Assembly: GCA_035699205.1 (NCBI GenBank)
Contig: DASSBA010000081.1
Span: forward strand, 2,273 to 66,272
From: Gemmatimonadales bacterium
GTDB lineage: Bacteria; Gemmatimonadota; Gemmatimonadetes; Gemmatimonadales; GWC2-71-9
Direction of reading: 5' to 3'
DNA length: 64,000 nucleotides
Each line of letters opens with the position of its first letter. The first letter of the stretch is position 1. The notes below the pieces were generated by a model. The model saw only the letters and a program-made list of their open reading frames with translations. It had not been told where the DNA came from and searched no databases. Of this stretch, positions 19,700 through 28,100 are shown piece by piece. The position numbers were made by a program, and so were the translations under genes.

Positions 19700-21630
19700 G
19701 ACCAGATCCTCCACCAGAGAAGCCGGGCCCAGCGCGATGGCGCCCGGAGGAGCCGGGTGGCCGCCGATGCGGGATCGGTGAGCACGCGGACGTACGCGGC
19801 CATGCTCGGCCTGAGGACTCCGTCCGGGTTGGCGACGACGGCGCGGACCGGATAGCGCACCCCGGCGCCCGCCGTGTCCGCCGCCGCCACCGGCGCGATC
19901 GAACGCACCCGCCCCGTAAAGGTCCGCTGCGGGACCGCGTCGACCCGGAGCCGCACCTCCTGCCCTGGCCGGACTCGGCCGATGTCCTGCTGCGCCACCC
20001 CGAACTCGAGCTCGAGGGAATCGGTGCGGCCGATCGTCAGGAGCAGGTCGCCCTCTTCGAGCGAGCTCCCGACCCGGTCCTCCACGTGCGGCGTGAGGAC
20101 GACGCCGCTGACCGGGGCGCGCAGCGTGGTGAGGTCGACCTCCTCGTCCAGCAGCGCGACCTCGCGCCGGAGCGCGTCGCCGCGGATCCGCTGCAGCCGC
20201 TCCTCCGAGGGATCGCCCCGGCTGGCGGCCAGCGCGGCGAGCCGGTCGGCCGAGGCCGCCTCGGCGGCCGTGGCCTCCCGGTCCGCGCGCAGACTGGTGG
20301 CGCGGAGGTAGGCCACCGGCGTCCCCCGCGACACCAGGCTCCCCTCGCTCACCGGGAGTCGCTCGACCACGCCCGCCACGAGCGCGCGCACCGGGGCGTA
20401 GGCCGTGGCGCGGAAGCTCGCCGCCTGGCCCGGGACGCGGAACGGCCAGCGAACCAGGAGCAGGAGCCCCAGCGCGACCGCGACGGCCGCCGCGTAGATC
20501 TGGATTCGCCGCTTGGGCATTGCACGGAGCGCCTCGCGCCTGGCCGCCAGCGCGCCGAGCGCGTCCACCATCGGCACCTGGTGATACAGCTGCGCGTTCC
20601 GCAGCGCCACCGCGGTCTGGTTGGCCAGGATCGCCGCTACCTCGCGCTGCGTGGGCGTGGCGAAATCCACGGTGGCCGACTCGAACACCAGGACCCCGAG
20701 CACCCCCTCCTCGTCCTTGAGCGGCAGGTACAAGCCGCTCTCCACGCCGTCGGTTTCCAGGTCCTGGCCGAAGATGGTCACGAACATCCGTTCGGCGTCG
20801 GAGCCCGGGTAGACGCGCTCGCTCAGATACAGCGGCTCGCCCCGCCCGGCGGCCCACTCCGCCCGGGCCACCAGGTCCTGCAGCTTGGGATCCTTGGGGT
20901 CGACGGTCTCCTCACCCGCCACGGCCCGAACGTCGCAGCGCCCCTTCTCGTAGAGCGCGACGGCGGCCCGGTCGAACGGGAGCGCGCGGGAGGCGAGGTT
21001 GACGACTGACTGGAGCACGCGGTCCAGGTCGAGCGTCGCCGTGATCTCGCGGCTGATGTCCAGCAGCAGCGCGAGGTCCCCGGCGCGCTTCTCGGCGCCG
21101 TGAAGCTGTGCGTTCCGGAGAGCCAGGGCGCCGGTGGCGGCCAGCCCCTCGAGCAGCTCGCGGTCATGCTCCTCGAACACGCCGGAGCCGGTGAGCTTAT
21201 TGGTGACCTGGATGGCGCCGACCGTGTTGCCGTTGACCACCATGGCCGTGGCCATGACGTTCACCGCGATGGTCTCACTCGGGTGGTCCAGGTTCGCGTC
21301 GAACCGTGGATCGGCCGTTGCCTGGGTGACGATGGTCGTCTTCTGCTGCTGCGCCACGTCGCCCACGAACCCGGTCCCGACCGGCACTTCGGCACCGACC
21401 AGCTGATCCCCGCGTCCGCCGATCGCGATCCGGCACCGCAACACGTCACCGTCGGCGATCCAGATCGAGCCTCCCTCCGCGCCGAGCGCGGCGAGGACGC
21501 GGTGAAACACCTTCGGCAGCAGCTCGTCGAAGTCGAGCGACGCGCCGAACTCCAGGCCGATCGAGTGGAGCAGCCGGAGACGCTCGACTTCTTCGCGCAG
21601 CTCGTCGGTCGAGGTGGTGGGAGCGCTCAT
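19696..21630 (-). CDS. Tandem-GAF cytoplasmic sensor fused via a TM segment to a HlyD/MFP-like periplasmic domain
   Basis: Two GAF-like blocks (each ending ...ALRNAQLH/LY). TM segment IYAAAVAVALGLLLLV. Then an MFP pattern (LRAPVSGVVLT..., RLRVDAVPQRTFTGRV). Confidence 0.75.
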   Translation of the reverse strand: MSAPTTSTDELREEVERLRLLHSIGLEFGASLDFDELLPKVFHRVLAALGAEGGSIWIADGDVLRCRIAIGGRGDQLVGAEVPVGTGFVGDVAQQQKTTIVTQATADPRFDANLDHPSETIAVNVMATAMVVNGNTVGAIQVTNKLTGSGVFEEHDRELLEGLAATGALALRNAQLHGAEKRAGDLALLLDISREITATLDLDRVLQSVVNLASRALPFDRAAVALYEKGRCDVRAVAGEETVDPKDPKLQDLVARAEWAAGRGEPLYLSERVYPGSDAERMFVTIFGQDLETDGVESGLYLPLKDEEGVLGVLVFESATVDFATPTQREVAAILANQTAVALRNAQLYHQVPMVDALGALAARREALRAMPKRRIQIYAAAVAVALGLLLLVRWPFRVPGQAASFRATAYAPVRALVAGVVERLPVSEGSLVSRGTPVAYLRATSLRADREATAAEAASADRLAALAASRGDPSEERLQRIRGDALRREVALLDEEVDLTTLRAPVSGVVLTPHVEDRVGSSLEEGDLLLTIGRTDSLELEFGVAQQDIGRVRPGQEVRLRVDAVPQRTFTGRVRSIAPVAAADTAGAGVRYPVRAVVANPDGVLRPSMAAYVRVLTDPASAATRLLRAPSRWARLLWWRIWS

Positions 21631-21703
21631 GGAGGTGCTTGGTGGCTCGGCGTGAACGAAAGGGCCCCGGCCCCCAGACGAACGGGGAGCCGGAGCCCGG
21701 ATC

Positions 21704-21724
21704 GGCGCCCCGTTCCGGGGCGCC
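21704..21724 (-). terminator. Stem-loop downstream of small ORF A (possible attenuator or processing site)
   Basis: GGCGCCCCG-TTC-CGGGGCGCC, a 9-bp GC stem, 16 nt after the ORF-A stop. No clear U-tract. Confidence 0.4.
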
Positions 21725-21739
21725 GCGAGAAGATCGCGA

Positions 21740-21871
21740 CTAGTTGAGCCGCATCGGCGCGATTTTCTCTTCGAGCTCTTCGACGCCCAGCTCGACGTCC
21801 TTGGACGGAACCGGCTTCTTCGGCTGCTGTTCGGGAGTCTTGGTCCGGGACTGCTCGTCGTGCTTGCTCAT
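21740..21871 (-). CDS. Small ORF A, 43 aa, candidate precursor peptide
   Basis: MSKHDEQSRTKTPEQQPKKPVPSKDVELGVEELEEKIAPMRLN. Shares the ELxVEELExxIAP block with ORFs B and C. Confidence 0.55.
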   Translation of the reverse strand: MSKHDEQSRTKTPEQQPKKPVPSKDVELGVEELEEKIAPMRLN

Positions 21872-21924
21872 GATAGCGCTCGTTTCGTCGGAGGTCGAGG
21901 GGTCAGGGGGCGCCGGATCCTGAT

Positions 21925-22077
21925 CTACTTGTTCCAGAGCTTGCCCGGCGCGATGCGGGCCTCGAGCTCCTCGACCGAGAACTCCACCGCGTCGGCGTCC
22001 TTGCCGGTGGCGTTACGGATGGTGGCCTTCTGCTCGGGGGTCAGCTCGATCCGGAGATGGTCCTTGGCGTTCGACAT
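21925..22077 (-). CDS. Small ORF B, 50 aa, candidate precursor peptide
   Basis: MSNAKDHLRIELTPEQKATIRNATGKDADAVEFSVEELEARIAPGKLWNK. AGGAG lies 6 nt upstream of the ATG. Full-length paralog of ORF C at 31328-31477. Confidence 0.65.
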   Translation of the reverse strand: MSNAKDHLRIELTPEQKATIRNATGKDADAVEFSVEELEARIAPGKLWNK

Positions 22078-22142
22078 GGCGTGCTCCTGGGTGACGAAGG
22101 GCTGGCGGTGTGGCCGACAGGGCCGGCGAACAACTGGAAGCG

Positions 22143-22175
22143 AAGCTAGCTGGCCTCCGTGAAAAGTCCGTGAAT
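22143..22175 (-). promoter_or_regulatory. Heptamer direct-repeat (11-nt period) activator-type promoter of small ORFs B/A
   Basis: Minus strand reads ATTCACG-GACT-TTTCACG-GAGGCCAGC-TAGCTT. The same architecture occurs upstream of ORF C. Confidence 0.6.
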
Positions 22176-22196
22176 GCGTACTTGCCCTTCCGGGAA

Positions 22197-24485
22197 TTGA
22201 CGGTACGTTCTACCTGTCCTCCCCAAGGACCGCCCCTGCACGCCTTCGCCCTCCGCCTGCTCGGAGCACCCGCCCTCGTTGCCCCCGAGGGGGGTCCGGC
22301 CGCGCCCGTCCCAGGCGCCAAGCCTATGGCGCTGCTCGCCTTCATGGCTCTCGAGCCGCGGCCCCACAGCCGCGAGTCGCTGGCCGGCCTGCTGTGGGGG
22401 GAGTCCCCCGAGTCCGAGGCTCGGGCCTCGCTGCGGCAGGCGCTCAAGCAGCTCCGCGAGGTGCTGGGCGACCGGCTTCGCGCCGACCGGACACTGGTCG
22501 AGCTCGCGGCTCCGCTCGCCTGCGACGTCCTCGAGTTCCGCCAGGCGGCGGAAAGCGAGCCGGCCCGGGCGGCCGGCTTCGAAGTCCCGGCCTTCCTGGA
22601 GGGCTTCTCGGTCCGCCACGCGCCGCTGTTCGACGAATGGGTGGCCGCCACCCGGGTCGCACTTCTCCGTCAGTTTCACCAGGTGCTCGGCCGGCTGGCG
22701 CGCGACGCGATGGGCCAGTGGCGCTGGCGTGACGCGGTCGAGCTGGCCGACCGGTGGCTGGCCAACGATCCGGTTTCCGACGAAGCGGCGCAACTCGCGG
22801 TGGAGGCCCGCTATCTCTCGGGCAATCGAGGCGCGGCGCTCGCCCGGTTCGGCGAGTATCGGGCGCTGCTCGCGCGCGAGATGGGCTGCGAGCCGAGCCG
22901 GGCGCTCCAGGCCTTGGTGCGCCGCGTGGAGGCCGACCGGGGCGGAGCCGAACCGCGGCCGATCACCGACGAATGGTACGTGCACGCCCCCGCCTTCGAG
23001 GCGAGCCTGGTGGGGCGCGAGGCGCAGTGGAATTCGCTGACCGGCGCCTGGAAGCGCGCGGCCCGCGGCCACGCCGGCATCGTGCTCGTCGAAGGCGAGT
23101 CTGGCGTGGGCAAGTCGCGGCTGGCGGACGAGTTCCTGCGCTGGGCCGTGGCCGAAGGCGCCACCGTGCTGCGCGGGCGAAGCCACGACGGCAGCCTCGG
23201 CATCCCCTACGAGCCGGTGGTCGAAGTGCTGCGCGGCGCGCTCGACGCGCCTGGCCTGGCCGCGACCTCCGCGGAGTGGCTCGTGGAGGCCGGCCGCCTC
23301 CTGCCGGAGCTTCGGGAGCGCTTCCCCGGCCTTCCCGCCGGAAGCGAGCCGGATGCGTCCGAGGGTTGGCGGCTCTCCGAGGGCGTGGCCCAGGTCCTGG
23401 CCGCCATCGCGGCCGAGCGTCCGCTCGTCGTTCTGATCGACGACCTCCAGTGGTGCGACGAGGATAGCTGCAATCTGCTTCGCTTCCTCAGCCGGCGCCT
23501 CGAGCGGTCACCGGTGCTGTGGCTCGGGCTCCTGACCCTCGGCGAGGTCGAGCGCGACGCGCCGGCCGCCCGGCTCTGCCGGGTGCTCCGCGCCAAGGCG
23601 CATGCGGAGGTCGTGTCCCTCGGCCCGCTGAGCGAGGAGGAGGTGTGGCAGATGGTGCGCGAGATGGGGCACGTCAGTGCGCCCACGGGCGGCCGCCGCT
23701 TCGCCGGCCGCCTTTTCGGCATCACGGCCGGCAATCCGTTCTACATCATCGAGCTGCTGAAGACCATGTTCGCGCAGGGACTGCTCGCGATGGAGCAGAA
23801 CACCGGGGAGTGGACGGTGTCGCCGGAGGTGGTCGGCGCCGGATGCGAGCTGCCGGTCTCCCAGACGGTGCAGGCCGCCATCGCCGAGCGGGTCGAGCGG
23901 CTGCCCGACGAGCTCCGCGACGTGCTGATCACCCTGGCGGTGAGCGGCGTGGGGTGCCGCCCGGACGTGCTGTCCCACGTCCACGGAATCTCGCGCCTGC
24001 ACGCCGCGGCCGACGGGGACGCCCTGGTACACCGGCGTCTGGCGGTCGAGGAGGCGGGCACCTACCGGTGCGCCCATCCGGTCATCGCGCACCTGGTGCG
24101 TGATGGGCTCACCGCCTCCCGCCGGCAGGAGGTGCACCGGAGTCTGGCGCTCGCGCTGGGGCTCGTGCTGCGGCCCGAGGAGGCACCTTCCGCCGCCGGC
24201 GAGTTGGCCCGGCACGCCGACCGGGGCGGCGAGCCCGGCCTGGCATATCGATACGCGCTGCTCGCCGCCGAGGGAGCGGTGTCGCGCTACGCGTACACGG
24301 AAGCGCTGTCCTGGCTCGACCTGGCGGCCACATCCGCGCGCGGCGCCTCCGAGAGCGAGGTCGTGGACCAGAGGACCGCGGACGTACTGGAGAGGGCGGG
24401 GTGGCGCGAGGCGCCGCGCGGGACGCTGGTGCCGGTGACCCGCGAGATCGTCACCGAGGATCTGGATCTGCGCGTCCGCGGATAA
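22197..24485 (+). CDS. SARP/AfsR-like regulator: wHTH-BTAD, P-loop ATPase, C-terminal helical repeats
   Basis: Motifs FALRLLGAPALV and SLAGLLWGESPESEARASLRQALKQLR, with Walker A GESGVGKSRL. Start uncertain: the track start GTG 22110 would put the ORF-B promoter inside the CDS, so TTG 22197 is chosen. Confidence 0.75.
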   Translation: MTVRSTCPPQGPPLHAFALRLLGAPALVAPEGGPAAPVPGAKPMALLAFMALEPRPHSRESLAGLLWGESPESEARASLRQALKQLREVLGDRLRADRTLVELAAPLACDVLEFRQAAESEPARAAGFEVPAFLEGFSVRHAPLFDEWVAATRVALLRQFHQVLGRLARDAMGQWRWRDAVELADRWLANDPVSDEAAQLAVEARYLSGNRGAALARFGEYRALLAREMGCEPSRALQALVRRVEADRGGAEPRPITDEWYVHAPAFEASLVGREAQWNSLTGAWKRAARGHAGIVLVEGESGVGKSRLADEFLRWAVAEGATVLRGRSHDGSLGIPYEPVVEVLRGALDAPGLAATSAEWLVEAGRLLPELRERFPGLPAGSEPDASEGWRLSEGVAQVLAAIAAERPLVVLIDDLQWCDEDSCNLLRFLSRRLERSPVLWLGLLTLGEVERDAPAARLCRVLRAKAHAEVVSLGPLSEEEVWQMVREMGHVSAPTGGRRFAGRLFGITAGNPFYIIELLKTMFAQGLLAMEQNTGEWTVSPEVVGAGCELPVSQTVQAAIAERVERLPDELRDVLITLAVSGVGCRPDVLSHVHGISRLHAAADGDALVHRRLAVEEAGTYRCAHPVIAHLVRDGLTASRRQEVHRSLALALGLVLRPEEAPSAAGELARHADRGGEPGLAYRYALLAAEGAVSRYAYTEALSWLDLAATSARGASESEVVDQRTADVLERAGWREAPRGTLVPVTREIVTEDLDLRVRG

Positions 24486-24497
24486 TAGGAACTCACG

Positions 24498-25004
24498 ATG
24501 CCCATCAAGGAATCCATGCTCCCGGAATTCGACCACGAGATGGCCTCGACCCGCCGGGTCCTCGAGCGGGTGCCCGAGAAGCGGGCGTCGTGGCAGCCCC
24601 ATCCGAAGTCGAAGAGCCTCGGCGAGCTCGCCGAGCACCTGGCCGGGGTGCCGGGGTGGGTGGCGTCCATCATCGACGCACCGTCGTGCGATGTCGCGCC
24701 CCCCGAGGGGCGGTCCGCGAGCCCGCCGACGTTCGAGTCCTCCGCGGAGCTGCTCCGCCGGTTCGACCGCAACGTCGCCGCCGCGCGCGCGGCGCTCGCC
24801 GGCAGGAGCGACGCCGACCTGATGACGCCCTGGACCCTCAAGCGCGGGGGCCAGGACCTGCTGACCATGCCGCGCGCGGGCGTGTTCCGCACCCTGCTGC
24901 TCAATCACATGATCCACCACCGGGGCCAGCTCACCGTGTACCTGCGCCTCAACGACGTGCCGCTGCCGATCGTCTACGGGCAGACGGCCGATGAGCGCTG
25001 GTGA
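24498..25004 (+). CDS. DinB-family (DinB_2) metal-dependent four-helix-bundle protein
   Basis: Motifs LGELAEHLAG and LLNHMIHHRGQLTVYLRL. Confidence 0.8.
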   Translation: MPIKESMLPEFDHEMASTRRVLERVPEKRASWQPHPKSKSLGELAEHLAGVPGWVASIIDAPSCDVAPPEGRSASPPTFESSAELLRRFDRNVAAARAALAGRSDADLMTPWTLKRGGQDLLTMPRAGVFRTLLLNHMIHHRGQLTVYLRLNDVPLPIVYGQTADERW

Positions 25005-25894
25005 TGTCGCGGCCCGCTGCGTTCGCGGTGGCGTGTCTCCTGGTGGGCACGGCGTGCGACTCGCTCAGGCTGCCGGCGCTCCCGGCCCGGGCCGCCACCG
25101 TGCACGACAGCGCCGCGGCCAAGCCGGCGGCGAAGCCCCGACGCGCGGCCACGGACGCCGCGGCGGACCCGGCGCTCGCCGCCGCGCGGTTCGACCAGAT
25201 CCGCCGCGGCCTTCGCCGCCTGGTGGCGGCCGAGGAGAGCTTCTACGCCGAGAACGGGGTGTACACGGAGGAACTGAGCCGCGTCGGGTTCGTGCCCGAG
25301 GGAGAGACCGCGGTGCGTTTTCTCTGGCTCTCGCGGGACGGATGGGCGGCGAGCGGCACCCATCCTGATCTGCCGGGCCGCGATTGCGTCATTTACGTCG
25401 GCCGAGCGCGCGGCGCGCCGACGACGCTCAAGAACGTGCGGTCGGGGAGGGAGGGGGTGCCCGTCTGCGACGCATCGCCGTCCGCGCGGCCGGCTGCACG
25501 CGTGCCGACCCGGACGGCCGCGGCGCCGACCGCGCCCGCGCCGGCGCCGGAGCCGGCGCCGCCGGACACGGGGAGCGCGCTCGACGCGGTGGACCCCTCG
25601 GTGCAGATGCGGGTCGATCTGCGCAACCTGGTCCGGTCACAGGACACCTACTTCGGGCAGCAGGGCGTCTACGCCCGCCGCACCGAACCGTTCGCGCTGC
25701 AGTACCTGTGGCACCGCGGCGTCACGATCACCATCCTCGGCGCCAACGACGCGTCGTGGTCGGCCAGGGCGACATCGGCCAGGCGCCCCGGGAAGAGCTG
25801 CGTGATCTGGTTCGGGCCGGTTCCCCACCGCCCGGCCACCGAGGCGCGGCAGCGCGTCCCCGATCAGCCCGGCACGCCGGTGTGCGACGACTGA
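25001..25894 (+). CDS. Lipoprotein with two tandem pilin-like domains
   Basis: Signal peptide AFAVACLLVGTAC (lipobox). Two homologous halves: LRRLVAAEESFYAENGVY...CVIYVG...VPVCD and LRNLVRSQDTYFGQQGVY...CVIWFG...TPVCDD. Confidence 0.6.
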   Translation: MMSRPAAFAVACLLVGTACDSLRLPALPARAATVHDSAAAKPAAKPRRAATDAAADPALAAARFDQIRRGLRRLVAAEESFYAENGVYTEELSRVGFVPEGETAVRFLWLSRDGWAASGTHPDLPGRDCVIYVGRARGAPTTLKNVRSGREGVPVCDASPSARPAARVPTRTAAAPTAPAPAPEPAPPDTGSALDAVDPSVQMRVDLRNLVRSQDTYFGQQGVYARRTEPFALQYLWHRGVTITILGANDASWSARATSARRPGKSCVIWFGPVPHRPATEARQRVPDQPGTPVCDD

Positions 25895-26925
25895 CCCCGC
25901 GCCGCGGCGCCGCCGTACCGCACCGCGGTCATCTCCGCCAGGATCGCCAGCGCCGTCTCCGCGGGCTGCCGTCCGCCCAGCTCCAGCCCGATCGGCCCGT
26001 GCACCCGCGCAATCTCCGCGTCGTCGAACCCCGCCTCCCGCAGCCGCTCGCGCCGGGACGCCTGCGTCTTGCGTGAGCCGATCGCGCCGATGTATCTGGC
26101 CGGCGAGCGGAGCGCGAGCTCCAGCGCCGGCTCGTCGAACTTGGGGTCGTGCGACAGGATGCAGACAAAGCATGAAGCGTCCAGCCCGACCCGCTGGAAT
26201 GCCTCCTCCGGCCAGGCGAGGAGCAGCTCGTCCGCGTCGGGAAAGCGCTCGCGGGTGAGGAACGCCGGCCGCCCGTCGGCCACGATCGTGCGGTAGGCGA
26301 GAGTCCGTGCCAGCGGTACCAGCGCCACGGCGATGTGCACGCCGCCGAAGATCACGAGCCGCGGCGCCCGAGGGAAGACCTCGAGGAAGACGCTTGCCGG
26401 GCCGGTGCCGGTTTCCAGGGTGATCGTGGCGGCGGACTCGCGGGCGAGCGCCGCGAGCGCGGCGTCCCGCACCGCGGCCGGCGGAAGGCCGCGGAGATCG
26501 CCGTCCGTGCGGCCGTCCTCGTAGATCCGGGCGCTCAGTCCGGTACCGGGGCCCTCCACGATAGTGGCCACCACCTCGCCTCCCGGGCCGCGGGCCGCCG
26601 CGAGCACCTCCGGGCGCACTGCCGGCTCGACGAACACCTTGATCGTCCCTCCGCAGGCCAGGCCCACTTCCCAGGCGCGCTCGTTCGTCACCCCGAACGT
26701 CACCAGCTTCGGCGTGCCGCGTCCGATCGCAGCGCCGATCTCGGAGGCGGTGGCGCCCTCGACGCAGCCGCCGGAGACGGAGCCCGCCATGGTGCCCTCG
26801 GCGTCGGCGAGCATCGAGGAGCCTTCGGGGCGGGGTGCCGAGCCCCACACGCTGGTCACCACCGCGCGCCCGAAAGGGCGGCCGGCGGCCGCGAGGCGAT
26901 CGTAGTCGGTCAGCAGGTCACGCAT
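25864..26925 (-). CDS. XdhC/CoxI-family molybdenum-hydroxylase maturation protein
   Basis: MRDLLTDYDRLAAAGRPFGRAVVTSVWGSAPRPEGSSML...GSVSGGCVEG, with a Rossmann-like second half. ATG 26925 chosen. Confidence 0.8.
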   Translation of the reverse strand: MRDLLTDYDRLAAAGRPFGRAVVTSVWGSAPRPEGSSMLADAEGTMAGSVSGGCVEGATASEIGAAIGRGTPKLVTFGVTNERAWEVGLACGGTIKVFVEPAVRPEVLAAARGPGGEVVATIVEGPGTGLSARIYEDGRTDGDLRGLPPAAVRDAALAALARESAATITLETGTGPASVFLEVFPRAPRLVIFGGVHIAVALVPLARTLAYRTIVADGRPAFLTRERFPDADELLLAWPEEAFQRVGLDASCFVCILSHDPKFDEPALELALRSPARYIGAIGSRKTQASRRERLREAGFDDAEIARVHGPIGLELGGRQPAETALAILAEMTAVRYGGAAARGQSSHTGVPG

Positions 26926-26936
26926 CGGTGTGCTCC

Positions 26937-28085
26937 TTACAGTGTCGTCAGCCGTCCCGCCAGCTCCTCGAGCGTGGCCACGCTGGCGGCGGGCACCAGC
27001 TCGTCCACGTGCGGCAGCGCGGCCCGGAGGCCCACGGTGCTCGGCTCGAACCCCGGACGCGCGGCGAGCGGGTCGATCCAGAGCAGCCGGTGGCAGGAGC
27101 GCCGGAGCGTGGCCATCTCGCGCGCGAGGAGCGCCGGATCCCCGCGCTCCCAGCCGTCGGAGACGAGCAACACGACGGCGCTGCTCCGCACGGTGCGCCG
27201 CACCCACCGGCGATTGAGCTCGTGCAGGCTCTCGCCGATCCGCGTGCCGCCGCTCCAGTCTACCACCTTCTCGGCCACCCGCCGGAGCGCGGCTTCGGGG
27301 CTCCGGAGCCGGAGCTGGCGGGTGATCCGCGTGAGCCGCGTCCCGAAGACGAACACCTCGAGGGGTGCGCCGCTCTGCTGGAGCGCATGGGCGAAGCGCA
27401 GCATGAACCGGCTGTAGCGCTCCATGCTGCCGCTGATATCGCAGACCAGCACGATCGGCCGGGGCCGTTCCGTCCGTCGCAGCCAGCGCCAGCCAAGCGC
27501 CTCGCCGCCGGTGCCCATGGCCCGGCGCAGCATCAGCCGGGCGGCGGGCCGGTGGCCGCTGCGTCCGCTCCGGCTTCGCCGGGCCCGGCGCACCGGCAGC
27601 CGCGGCCGGAGCGCCTCGATCATTGCCTGGGCGTCGCGTGCCTCATCGGCGGTGAGGATGCCGAAGTCGGCGGTGCGCAGCTCCGCCAGCGCGCTCGCGG
27701 CCCCCGGCCGCACCGCGGGAAGCATGTGAGCCTGGCCGGCGGCGGCATCCGGCCCCGCGGGATCGGCCGGCCGCTCGCGGCGCGTCTCCTGCCGCATCCG
27801 CGGGAGCCGGTCGCTGACGCCCGACCCGCTTCGCCGCCGCCAGAACAGGTCGAAGGCGGCCTCGTACAGCCGGACGTCCTCCCGCCGACGGACGAAGATG
27901 GCGCGGCCGGCGGCGCGCACGTCGGCGCGCCGCTCGAAGCCGAGCAACGCGAGGGCCTGGAGGAAGGTGGCGGTCTGTCCGCCATCCGCGCCGAGGCCCG
28001 CCCGGCGGAGGAGGCGCCCGAACCGGGCGACGTTGGCGAGGAACACCTGGCCATCGATCGGGTCTAACGGGATCGAATCTTGCAC
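26937..28085 (-). CDS. VWA-domain protein, CoxE-like
   Basis: MIDAS region IVLVCDISGSM plus LLVSDGWERGD. GTG 28085 is preceded by GAGGGGGAAA. Confidence 0.8.
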   Translation of the reverse strand: MQDSIPLDPIDGQVFLANVARFGRLLRRAGLGADGGQTATFLQALALLGFERRADVRAAGRAIFVRRREDVRLYEAAFDLFWRRRSGSGVSDRLPRMRQETRRERPADPAGPDAAAGQAHMLPAVRPGAASALAELRTADFGILTADEARDAQAMIEALRPRLPVRRARRSRSGRSGHRPAARLMLRRAMGTGGEALGWRWLRRTERPRPIVLVCDISGSMERYSRFMLRFAHALQQSGAPLEVFVFGTRLTRITRQLRLRSPEAALRRVAEKVVDWSGGTRIGESLHELNRRWVRRTVRSSAVVLLVSDGWERGDPALLAREMATLRRSCHRLLWIDPLAARPGFEPSTVGLRAALPHVDELVPAASVATLEELAGRLTTL

Positions 28086-28100
28086 GCCAATTTCCCCCTC

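Noticed and set aside
22013-22651. The 212-aa minus-strand ORF and the 100-aa plus-strand ORF (21860..22162) covering the peptide locus.
   Set aside because: Both are low-complexity Ser/Ala/Arg-rich translations that overlap the well-supported SARP regulator and the paralog-supported small ORFs.
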